This document shows positions 18,069-25,522 of a stretch of DNA of 26,000 nucleotides, piece by piece. Below the pieces are notes generated by a model. That model made no database searches and was not told the origin of the DNA. It saw nothing but the letters and a program-made list of their open reading frames with translations. The stretch is from a virus (Duplodnaviria; Caudoviricetes): the IMG/VR virus record IMGVR_UViG_3300032216_000707, positions 1 to 26,000 of that record. The stretch is one strand, 5' to 3'. How positions within the stretch are numbered: position 1 is the stretch's first letter; every line of letters begins with the position of its first letter. Position numbers and translations under genes: made by a program.

Positions 18069-19420
18069 TGTCACTTCTAGGGATTATGTCCTCAGCGCAG
18101 CCAAGTCAGTATTGGATTGCAAATTTACTTAGTGCTTATAGAGGTTGGGCAGAAGGAGATGGTTCTGAAAACTCTTATTTTTCTGCAGAAAGTGTTGACT
18201 CTAGTGGCACTGCATTAAGTGGAGATTTGCTTTGTAAAAAGAATAAAACTGGTTCACAAATGTGGTCTAAATATTTTTATTCTGCTACTAGTTATATTCG
18301 ACCTAATGTTAGAAAACTCATATGGGCAAATTCTAAATTAAATTTTATTTGTACTTTTTACAATACAGCATATAATCTTGCTGGTTGGGGAAGTATTGCT
18401 GCAGATGGAACTCCAAATGCAATAACAAGATTGATTTGGCCTTCTGCAAATGGTTTTGAATGTTATCCATATGACATGGCTATTGATTCATCTGCAAATA
18501 TTTGGCTTACAACAACTGGAAGAACTACTGCGGGTGCAACAACTGGAGCAATAACAAAAATATCAGGCTCTAACAATCAAATTTTATTTTCAAAAGTTGG
18601 AGATGCTAACAATACAATTTATAAAACTGTAGTTGATTCAAATGGATATATTTGGCTTGGCTGTTATAGTGCAACATTAACAAATACATCTGCTAATACA
18701 GGAAACTGGTTTTTTACTAAAATAGATGGTTCAGGAAATGTTCAAGGATCTAAAGGCCTAAGTGGAAATTTTACTTCTATAGAAAGTATGGCTGCTGATT
18801 CTTCTGGTAATATTTACTTACTTGGAAATCAAACAACATCTAGTAATAACAATTATATTGCTTTAATTAAAATTGATACAACTTATAACATAGCATGGCA
18901 AAGACAAATTCAAGGTGATCTTGTTGGTGGTTATCGTGCTTCAAGTCCAGGAAGTATAGCAATTGATTCAAATAATGATATCTATATTACTGGTAATGGA
19001 GTTCTTAGTCCTGGAGTTAATGCAGGACTTATTGCAAAGTATAATTCTTCTGGTGTTTTACAATGGAAAAATACTATTAGTGTAAGCGCAAATTCTATAG
19101 ACATAAGACCTAATGCTTTATCTATAAAAAATTCTTCAATTTTATTAACACTATCAACTCTTGATTTTGCTGAAAATAATATTGAACAAATAATTGCCCT
19201 TCCAAAAGATGGCACAAAAACTGGATTTAATTATCCAATAACAGTTGGTGGAAATACAATCAATATAGCATATTCTGCTGGTGGTTTTACAGATGTAGCA
19301 AACAGTTTATCATTAGTTGCTTATTCATTTTCACCTACATCAATAACTCTTGTTGCATCAAATGAGACATCATATTCACTGCAAACTGCAACACCAACTA
19401 TTACAACAAAAAATATATAA
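18068..19420 (+). CDS. Beta-propeller repeat protein, putative receptor-binding protein (450 aa)
   Basis: TAATG overlap; repeated [AV][IVA]DS.[GAN]NI[YW] blades and AKYNSSGVLQW; AT-rich sequence. Confidence 0.65.
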   Translation: MSLLGIMSSAQPSQYWIANLLSAYRGWAEGDGSENSYFSAESVDSSGTALSGDLLCKKNKTGSQMWSKYFYSATSYIRPNVRKLIWANSKLNFICTFYNTAYNLAGWGSIAADGTPNAITRLIWPSANGFECYPYDMAIDSSANIWLTTTGRTTAGATTGAITKISGSNNQILFSKVGDANNTIYKTVVDSNGYIWLGCYSATLTNTSANTGNWFFTKIDGSGNVQGSKGLSGNFTSIESMAADSSGNIYLLGNQTTSSNNNYIALIKIDTTYNIAWQRQIQGDLVGGYRASSPGSIAIDSNNDIYITGNGVLSPGVNAGLIAKYNSSGVLQWKNTISVSANSIDIRPNALSIKNSSILLTLSTLDFAENNIEQIIALPKDGTKTGFNYPITVGGNTINIAYSAGGFTDVANSLSLVAYSFSPTSITLVASNETSYSLQTATPTITTKNI

Positions 19421-19432
19421 TAAGGAGTAATA

Positions 19433-21646
19433 ATGGCATATGGTTCAGATATTACAGAAGCACTTCCATATTCTCTTTCCAACCCAATTGGTGCTACTGC
19501 CTACGATGTAACAAATCTTTCTTATGATTTATCTATTGATGGAAAACCTTGGTTTATTCAATCATCAGATGAGACTCCGCATCGTCGTTCTACAGCACCA
19601 TACCGCAAGCAACAAATTGATCAATCAAGAGAACCAGGCGAGCAATCTCTTACCGGTTGGTGGATGCGTTCTCAATCATCTTTCCATTGTGGTGCTGGAA
19701 TTAAATTTTATGATCCAGGTGCTGGCGAATCTATTGGGTATCGTTTTTATGACTCTCAAGGGCTTAATGTTTGGGAAAAGGGAAAGGTTGTACTACTTAA
19801 AGATACAACACGTGGACACTATACAACAACAACATTAAATTCAAACACTCGTCCAGAACAGCACTTACGCTCTATTCAATGGGTTACAAATGGAACAACC
19901 TATGATGGAGCACTTCTTCATGATGGTTATGATGTTGATAAAGTATATCCAACTATTACTAATTCTATTACAAACAAATCATTAACATCTAACGTGGCAA
20001 CTCTTACAACTGCATCTGCACATGGAATGCAAGTTGGAATGGAAATTACTGTTTCTGGAGTAGATTCAACATTTAATGGATCATATACAATTACAACTGT
20101 TCCAACAACAACAACATTCACTTATGCTAAAACTTTTACTAACGTAACATCTGCAGTTGTATCACCAGTTGGTTCTGTAACAAGTAACGTTATTAACTTT
20201 ATTGATTATGTATCTGGAGTTGATGATAAAGTATTTGCAATTTGCGATGATGGAACATATGCATACTGGGTAACAAACAGTGCTACTGGCGCAACGGGAA
20301 GACTTCGCCTGTACAAAAAACTTCTTAGCGGTACTTCTGCTACTGCAGATACTCTTATGCTTTCACATGCATCTATTACAATTACATCTGCTCATATGGA
20401 ATGGGTTAAAGATCGTATTGTTGCTGCAGTTAATGGTGTAATTTATGAAATAGCACCAAATGCAAGCACACTTCCAAGCCCTGTTTATACAAATCCAAAT
20501 AGCGGATATATTTATACAAGTGTTTCTGCATCTGGTCCAGCAATTTATACATCTGGATTTTCTGGTATCCAATCAACAATTCAAAAGTATACACTTGTAA
20601 CTTCAACTGGTTCAATGCCAACCCTGTCTGCTGCTGCAGTTGCTGCAGAATTTCCAGCAGGAGAAGTTGTTCATAAAATATTTTACTATCTTGGCTATAT
20701 GATGATTGGTACATCTCGCGGTGTTCGTGCTGCAATGGTGAATGACCAAGATGGATCGCTTGACTATGGCCCACTTATTGTGGAAACATCGCAACCTATT
20801 TATGATTTTGCTGCACGAGATAGATTTATTTGGTGTGCATCTGGTGTTGCTGGTGATGCTGGTGTTATTCGTATTGATTTAGGTCAACCAATTGAGCAAG
20901 AACACTTGCGTTTTGCTTATGCAAATGATCTACAGTATGTAGGTGACTCTGGTCACAATACAACAGCAGTATGCTTCTTAGGTTCTACAAATAGGCTTGC
21001 TTTCTCAACTGCTGCAACCTCGTCAAATGGTTCTACTTATTTTGAAGAAGCAACTACTCTTCGCTCATCTGGCTATGTAACCACAGGTAAAATTCGATAT
21101 GCAACTCTTGAAGGTAAGATATTTAAAAATCTTAAAGCAAGAATTGACAACAACTATGGTGGAGTTCAGATAACTGTTATTGATTCAGAAAATGATAACT
21201 ATGTTATTGGAAACTATTCTCAAGGTGATTTTACTGGTGAAATTGGAATCCCATATCCAACAGGTTCTCAGGAATATTTGACATTTAAATTTACCCTTAG
21301 TCGTTCTACAACTGACTCAACTCAAGGTGCTATCATGAATGGGTATCAAGTTAAAGCACTCCCTGCTGCACCTAGACAAAGATTAATTGAATATCCACTT
21401 GCTTGCTATGATCACGAAGCAGATAAATTTGGCGTTTCTGTTGGCTATGAAGGTCGTACATATGACAGAATTGTTGAACTAGAAACAGTCGAAAATGCAG
21501 GAGACTCAGTTAAAGTCTATGACTTCAAGACAGGAGAATCTTATTCTGGAGTTATTGAACAGATTGACTTTATAAATCGTACACCATCTGATAAAAGGTT
21601 TTCCGGCTTCGGCGGTATTCTCCTTGTTCAGATAAGAACCTTATAG
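19433..21646 (+). CDS. Putative tail nozzle / tail tubular protein B-like (737 aa)
   Basis: AAGGAG SD; W..SQSSFH.GAG motif and beta-propeller-like body; last structural gene before the lysis cassette. Confidence 0.55.
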   Translation: MAYGSDITEALPYSLSNPIGATAYDVTNLSYDLSIDGKPWFIQSSDETPHRRSTAPYRKQQIDQSREPGEQSLTGWWMRSQSSFHCGAGIKFYDPGAGESIGYRFYDSQGLNVWEKGKVVLLKDTTRGHYTTTTLNSNTRPEQHLRSIQWVTNGTTYDGALLHDGYDVDKVYPTITNSITNKSLTSNVATLTTASAHGMQVGMEITVSGVDSTFNGSYTITTVPTTTTFTYAKTFTNVTSAVVSPVGSVTSNVINFIDYVSGVDDKVFAICDDGTYAYWVTNSATGATGRLRLYKKLLSGTSATADTLMLSHASITITSAHMEWVKDRIVAAVNGVIYEIAPNASTLPSPVYTNPNSGYIYTSVSASGPAIYTSGFSGIQSTIQKYTLVTSTGSMPTLSAAAVAAEFPAGEVVHKIFYYLGYMMIGTSRGVRAAMVNDQDGSLDYGPLIVETSQPIYDFAARDRFIWCASGVAGDAGVIRIDLGQPIEQEHLRFAYANDLQYVGDSGHNTTAVCFLGSTNRLAFSTAATSSNGSTYFEEATTLRSSGYVTTGKIRYATLEGKIFKNLKARIDNNYGGVQITVIDSENDNYVIGNYSQGDFTGEIGIPYPTGSQEYLTFKFTLSRSTTDSTQGAIMNGYQVKALPAAPRQRLIEYPLACYDHEADKFGVSVGYEGRTYDRIVELETVENAGDSVKVYDFKTGESYSGVIEQIDFINRTPSDKRFSGFGGILLVQIRTL

Positions 21647-21655
21647 GAGAGTAAG

Positions 21656-21859
21656 TTGAACATCACACAATGGTCTGGCTTGATTGTTTCTTTTATTGCA
21701 ATTGTTACTGCAGTTGGCGGTGGAATTAGATGGCTAGTTAAACATTATTTAGCAGAACTTAAGCCCAATGGTGGAGGTTCTATGAACGATAGAATTAATC
21801 GAGTAGAAGCAAAGTTAGATCGACTATACGAAATATTGGTTGGAAAATCAATTGACTAA
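21656..21859 (+). CDS. Small membrane protein (one TM plus coiled coil), lysis cassette
   Basis: TTG start with AGGAG SD; hydrophobic N-terminus then ELKPNGGGSM.D.I.R.E.KLD. Confidence 0.7.
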   Translation: MNITQWSGLIVSFIAIVTAVGGGIRWLVKHYLAELKPNGGGSMNDRINRVEAKLDRLYEILVGKSID

Positions 21860-22349
21860 AGCATCAGAATTTGTTCAAGTTGCTCGGGGCGAAATAGGAA
21901 CTGTTGAAGGACCAAAAGATAACGAAACCAAGTATGGCAAGTTCACCAAACATGACTTCCAACCTTGGTGTGGATCATTCATCATGTGGTGCGCTCACGA
22001 AGTGGGCTTTAATGGCATGCCTAATTGCGTCTATACCCCTGCCGGAGCCGAGGCTTTCAAGGGTCAGGGTAGATGGTCGAATCATGAAACTGCCAAACCA
22101 CAGGCTGGTGATATAGTCTTTTTCTCCTTTAGCGGAAAAGGAATCGAGCATGTTGGAATAGCCGTCAAGGATAATCTTGATGGAACTCTCGTTACTGTCG
22201 AAGGTAATACCGCAGGCGACAAGAAAAAGTCCACCTCCGAGAATAACGGAGGAGAAGTAGTTATGAAGGTTCGAGCATATCGGACTGATAATAAGCGAAA
22301 ACTCCCTGTTTATGTGGTAGGATTTGGTCGTCCCAACTGGGGCAAGTAA
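21852..22349 (+). CDS. Endolysin, CHAP domain
   Basis: QPWCGSFIMWC (catalytic Cys), GDIVFF, EHVGI (catalytic His), TVEGNT. Start is uncertain (TTG 21852 or TTG 21840). Confidence 0.85.
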   Translation: MTKASEFVQVARGEIGTVEGPKDNETKYGKFTKHDFQPWCGSFIMWCAHEVGFNGMPNCVYTPAGAEAFKGQGRWSNHETAKPQAGDIVFFSFSGKGIEHVGIAVKDNLDGTLVTVEGNTAGDKKKSTSENNGGEVVMKVRAYRTDNKRKLPVYVVGFGRPNWGK

Positions 22350-22358
22350 AGGAGAAAC

Positions 22359-22550
22359 ATGAATACAGATAAGTTAAAGGCGATTGCCTTGTCATACTTC
22401 CGTGCTGCTGCAGCATCTGCAGTTGCCCTCTATGTGGCTGGCATAACTGACCCTAAGACTCTTGGTAGTGCGTTCCTTGCGGGTCTTGTTGGACCTATTT
22501 TGAAGGCTCTGGATGCTTCTGCACCAGAATTCGGACGCGGTTCAAAGTAA
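22359..22550 (+). CDS. Putative holin (63 aa)
   Basis: AAGGAG SD; two hydrophobic segments and a charged C-terminus; follows the endolysin. Confidence 0.7.
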   Translation: MNTDKLKAIALSYFRAAAASAVALYVAGITDPKTLGSAFLAGLVGPILKALDASAPEFGRGSK

Positions 22551-22591
22551 AAAATATGCCCCTAAATGGGCTTTAAATGCCCTTTAGAGGC
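22549..22591 (-). terminator. Putative intrinsic terminator for the minus-strand transcript
   Basis: Imperfect stem 22558-22591 (GCCCCTAAATGGGC/GCCCTTTAGAGGC); on the minus strand it is followed by AUAUUUUUU. Confidence 0.5.
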
Positions 22592-22595
22592 GAGA

Positions 22596-22646
22596 AACCC
22601 CCCGTTCTAGTATCTTTACTAGGACAGGGGGTTCTTTTTTGTTTTT
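22596..22646 (+). terminator. Rho-independent terminator of the late operon
   Basis: AACCCCC-C-GTTCTAGTA / TCTT loop / TACTAGGAC-A-GGGGGTT, followed by CTTTTTTGTTTTT. Confidence 0.85.
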
Positions 22647-22652
22647 CTAGGC

Positions 22653-22775
22653 TTAGTTAAAGTCGGAATCCTTCTTCTGTTCGACCTTAATCGCTAGATA
22701 TGTGGCGAATTCCTTAAGGAAATCATAGGCAAAAACAGCCCCAAAGCAAGCAGCGAAAACGCTAAAATAATTCAT
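22653..22775 (-). CDS. Single-TM microprotein (40 aa)
   Basis: MNYFSVFAACFGAVFAYDFLKEFATYLAIKVEQKKDSDFN. Near-perfect SD GGGAGGTG just upstream and its own extended -10 element. Confidence 0.7.
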   Translation of the reverse strand: MNYFSVFAACFGAVFAYDFLKEFATYLAIKVEQKKDSDFN

Positions 22776-22797
22776 GTCACCTCCCTCGTCTATGGTG

Positions 22798-22809
22798 TAT
22801 AATAGCACA
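22798..22809. promoter_or_regulatory. Overlapping divergent -10 elements (bidirectional promoter)
   Basis: Plus strand TATAAT at 22798-22803, with ATGTCA as a possible -35 at 18-bp spacing. Minus strand TGTGC-TATTAT at 22809-22799. Confidence 0.65.
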
Positions 22810-22900
22810 TGCAGGAGACTGCGGGGGCGAAACCTCAAATGACGGGTGACGGAGATATCCGACCTTGATAGGGGCTTCTCCTACCCTACCAGATGTTTTT
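22810..22900 (+). ncRNA. Candidate small structured ncRNA
   Basis: Four consecutive hairpins beginning about 7 nt after TATAAT and ending near a U5 run; no convincing ORF. Confidence 0.45.
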
Positions 22901-22918
22901 AATTCTGGGGGGTAGGGG

Positions 22919-22960
22919 GGCATTTCCTAAAATCAAGGCTCAGGAGATTTTGGAAATGCC
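22919..22960. repeat. Inverted repeat GGCATTTCC-T-AAAATC / GATTTT-GGAAATGCC flanked by G-tracts
   Basis: 9+6 bp arms with one bulge and an 11-nt spacer; G6-TA-G6 on the left, GGGTTAGGG on the right. Confidence 0.8.
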
Positions 22961-22969
22961 GGGTTAGGG

Positions 22970-22980
22970 TGTGGTAGGCT
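22970..22980 (+). promoter_or_regulatory. Extended -10 promoter (TGTGG-TAGGCT) of the early operon
   Basis: Matches TRTGn-TAnnnT; 27 bp upstream of an ATG that has an AAGGAGG SD. Confidence 0.55.
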
Positions 22981-23007
22981 TTTCTTCCATTAACTAAAGG
23001 AGGAAAC

Positions 23008-23169
23008 ATGTCGTATGGTACAAGCGGTGAAGATGCATTTGAAGTAGAATTAAATTGGCAATGTGGTTCTTGCCGTCATGAGAATGAAGAAATTACTTGT
23101 TGGGCAGAAGGATCTGTAGCAACAGGAATTTGCGAAGATTGTAAGTACGAACAGGAAATCGGAATATGA
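23008..23169 (+). CDS. Acidic zinc-ribbon microprotein (53 aa; not in the ORF track)
   Basis: AAAGGAGG SD; MSYGTSGEDAFEVELNWQCGSCRHENEEITCWAEGSVATGICEDCKYEQEIGI with two CxxC motifs. Confidence 0.75.
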   Translation: MSYGTSGEDAFEVELNWQCGSCRHENEEITCWAEGSVATGICEDCKYEQEIGI

Positions 23170-23333
23170 CATACGAGTTCACCTGCAAGGTATGCAACAT
23201 TGAAGTATCAGTTGAGTGTTCTATTCACGACACTCCAGATACACCCATGCATTGCGGTGAACTCACTGTCAAGAAATTCTATGCTGCTCCTGTTAAATTT
23301 AATGCGAGTGGCTTCTACTCCACCGGCAATTAG
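23166..23333 (+). CDS. FmdB-family-like zinc-ribbon protein (55 aa; not in the ORF track)
   Basis: ATGA overlap; MTYEFTCKVC...MHCG...APVKFNASGFYSTGN matches the YEFxCxxC / FxGSGFYST family pattern. Confidence 0.8.
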   Translation: MTYEFTCKVCNIEVSVECSIHDTPDTPMHCGELTVKKFYAAPVKFNASGFYSTGN

Positions 23334-23344
23334 TGTGGTATGAT
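23334..23344 (+). promoter_or_regulatory. Extended -10 promoter (TGTGG-TATGAT), predicted leaderless transcript
   Basis: The -10 ends at 23344 and the ATG is at 23351; no SD lies between them. Confidence 0.7.
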
Positions 23345-23350
23345 TCTGTT

Positions 23351-24136
23351 ATGAATACATTACCTGAACACATTAGTTACTCATCCCTTAGTACTTGGCT
23401 TGAGTGCGGTTGGAAATATAAACTATCTAAGATAGATAAGATCGAAGAGCCTCATGCAGTTTGGTTTACAGGGGGCTCTGCACTTCATAAGGCAACAGAA
23501 CTCTATGACTTAGGTCATACTGGAACTTCTGAAGAAATCTGGAATGAAGCATGGTTTGCTCAAGTATCTGAAGATGAATCACTTAATGGCGATATGAACA
23601 CTTGGCAATACGCTAAGCGTGAAGATATGTCATGGTGGTACGGGGAAGGTCTTTGGATGCTTGATCGATGGGTGAAATTCCGTCAACATTGGACTCCTTA
23701 CAAAGACTATATTGAAAAAGAGATCGAGGTTCCTGTTGGCGGAACAATCCTACGTGGTGCTATTGACCGAGTAATGGTTGATCCAGAAGGAAAGATTGTT
23801 CTATTAGATATTAAAACTGGTGCATCAGCACAACGCCACCCTTTGCAACTTGCTACATATGCATGGGCTCTTGAAAAAGAAGGCGTTGTTATTGAACGTG
23901 CCGGATTCTGGGAATCAAGAACTGGTCACGTTTCATTATGGAATCTTGACCACATTAAATCTGCCAAGGTCGATGAGATTTATTCTACATTTGACCGCGC
24001 TCGCAAGGCAGATATTTTCGTACCAAATCTTAGCAATTGTGGAAGATGTGGTATGCTATCCCACTGCAAGTTTATGAATGGAAAACATACGAGAAAGGAA
24101 AACGAAGATGGCACAAACGCCATTTCAAGTAAGTAG
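23351..24136 (+). CDS. PD-(D/E)XK exonuclease (RecB/Cas4-like) with a probable Fe-S cluster
   Basis: HISYSSL..W.EC, GSALH, RGAIDRV, LDIKTG, QLATY and C-terminal CxxC-x5-C. True start is probably ATG 23351. Confidence 0.85.
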   Translation: MNTLPEHISYSSLSTWLECGWKYKLSKIDKIEEPHAVWFTGGSALHKATELYDLGHTGTSEEIWNEAWFAQVSEDESLNGDMNTWQYAKREDMSWWYGEGLWMLDRWVKFRQHWTPYKDYIEKEIEVPVGGTILRGAIDRVMVDPEGKIVLLDIKTGASAQRHPLQLATYAWALEKEGVVIERAGFWESRTGHVSLWNLDHIKSAKVDEIYSTFDRARKADIFVPNLSNCGRCGMLSHCKFMNGKHTRKENEDGTNAISSK

Positions 24137-24518
24137 CAAGATGAATGACGGAAGAATTTTCGTCATTGCCGGAGACACCTATGAGGAGTTCAAGTCACGC
24201 TTGAGCGAAGTCGTTGGTGATATTGGTGCAGAAAATGTTCTCACTACAATGGCTAGTTCCATTGAGGGTGCTGCAACATCTACACCTCAAGCAGTTAGCA
24301 TGCTAGCGCAAGGTTTGGGAGCAACTCCAACACAAACTTTTTCGCATAGCACAGGCCCATCCTCCAAGGTATGTAAGCATGGAGAGATGACCAAGCGTAC
24401 TGGCAATGGTCCAAAGGGTCCTTGGAAGGCATACATGTGTCCTTCACCAAAGGGAACTCCGGATCAATGCGAGCCAATCTGGGTTCGTCGTAATGATGCA
24501 GATTGGAATTCATTCTAA
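24108..24518 (+). CDS. Hypothetical replication-module protein with a C-terminal Cys/His motif (136 aa)
   Basis: AAAGGA SD before ATG 24108; CKHGEM..RTG....PWKAYMCP......QC. Confidence 0.7.
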   Translation: MAQTPFQVSSKMNDGRIFVIAGDTYEEFKSRLSEVVGDIGAENVLTTMASSIEGAATSTPQAVSMLAQGLGATPTQTFSHSTGPSSKVCKHGEMTKRTGNGPKGPWKAYMCPSPKGTPDQCEPIWVRRNDADWNSF

Positions 24519-24521
24519 CCA

Positions 24522-25310
24522 ATGAGAACTCTTGCCCGAGCAGTAGGTAGTAAGGATATCGGTGGCGAACCATTGCCATCGGTATTCCGTACCTTTGATG
24601 TTAACAAGGTTGCTATCCGTAGGGCAGAGGTATCTATGATTGCTGGAACTCCTGGCGCGGGTAAATCTACACTATCGTTAGCGATTGCACTTCGCGCCAA
24701 AGTTCCAACACTCTATATCAGTGCAGATACCAATGCTCACACGATGGCTATGCGCTTGTTATCAATGATAACTGGACAGTCGCAAACTGTTGCAGAGCAA
24801 ATGTTAATTGAAAAGGTAGATGAAACACGTAAGATAATCAATGAACACTCCGGTCATATCTTCTGGTCATTTGAGTCAGCACCATCGCTTGATGATCTTG
24901 ATATGGAGTGTGCTGCATTTGAAGAACTTTGGGGTTGTCCTCCAACTTTAATCGTTGTGGATAACCTTATGGATGTAGCAAATGATAGTGGTGATGAATT
25001 TGGATCAATGCGTTCAACGCTTAAGGAACTAAAATTCTTAGCAAGAGATACGAATGCAGCGATACTTGTTCTTCACCATACAAAAGAATCATATTTGGGA
25101 AATCCTTGTCAGCCACGTAGTGCGTTGCAGGGAATGGTTGCGCAATTGCCAGCATTGATTTGTACAGTTGGCAGTAATGCACCCGGGTATATCGCTGTTG
25201 CGCCAGTCAAGAATAGATATGGCAAGGCAGATCCTACAGGAGATACTTCTTTCTGGCTTACATTTAATCCAGAAGTTATGGAAGTTGCTGATATACCAGA
25301 GCGAATATGA
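24522..25310 (+). CDS. DnaB/RecA-like ATPase (putative replicative helicase)
   Basis: Walker A GTPGAGKS, Walker B LIVVDNL, LVLHH, and KNRYG arginine finger. Confidence 0.85.
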   Translation: MRTLARAVGSKDIGGEPLPSVFRTFDVNKVAIRRAEVSMIAGTPGAGKSTLSLAIALRAKVPTLYISADTNAHTMAMRLLSMITGQSQTVAEQMLIEKVDETRKIINEHSGHIFWSFESAPSLDDLDMECAAFEELWGCPPTLIVVDNLMDVANDSGDEFGSMRSTLKELKFLARDTNAAILVLHHTKESYLGNPCQPRSALQGMVAQLPALICTVGSNAPGYIAVAPVKNRYGKADPTGDTSFWLTFNPEVMEVADIPERI

Positions 25311-25522
25311 CTCCAAAAGAAATCTGGGAACTTAAGCCAGACTATAAACAGTCCATGGACATACGTGGTGAACCCACAAAAGTGTGTCCATGTGGATGTT
25401 TTCTTTGGAAACTAATTGTTGAATGGGACGAGGAATCTGATACTATCAGTTCCTATTTTACTGAAATGGAGTGCGCTGCTTGTGGAACTAGAGCAACCAC
25501 CCCAACAGAGGAGAAACTATGA
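25307..25522 (+). CDS. Small zinc-finger protein (71 aa)
   Basis: ATGA overlap; CPCG and CAACG motifs. Confidence 0.75.
   Translation: MTPKEIWELKPDYKQSMDIRGEPTKVCPCGCFLWKLIVEWDEESDTISSYFTEMECAACGTRATTPTEEKL

Noticed and set aside
22776-22838. N-terminal extension of the minus-strand ORF (61-aa version)
   Set aside because: The strong SD and -10 lie inside the extension, so the ATG at 22775 is the likely start.
22961-22969. Telomere-like GGGTTAGGG
   Set aside because: Only 1.5 units, internal to the sequence; treated only as part of the G-rich element.
23351-24136. CRISPR-associated cas4
   Set aside because: No repeat-spacer array or other cas genes; stand-alone Cas4/RecB-like exonucleases are common in phage replication modules.
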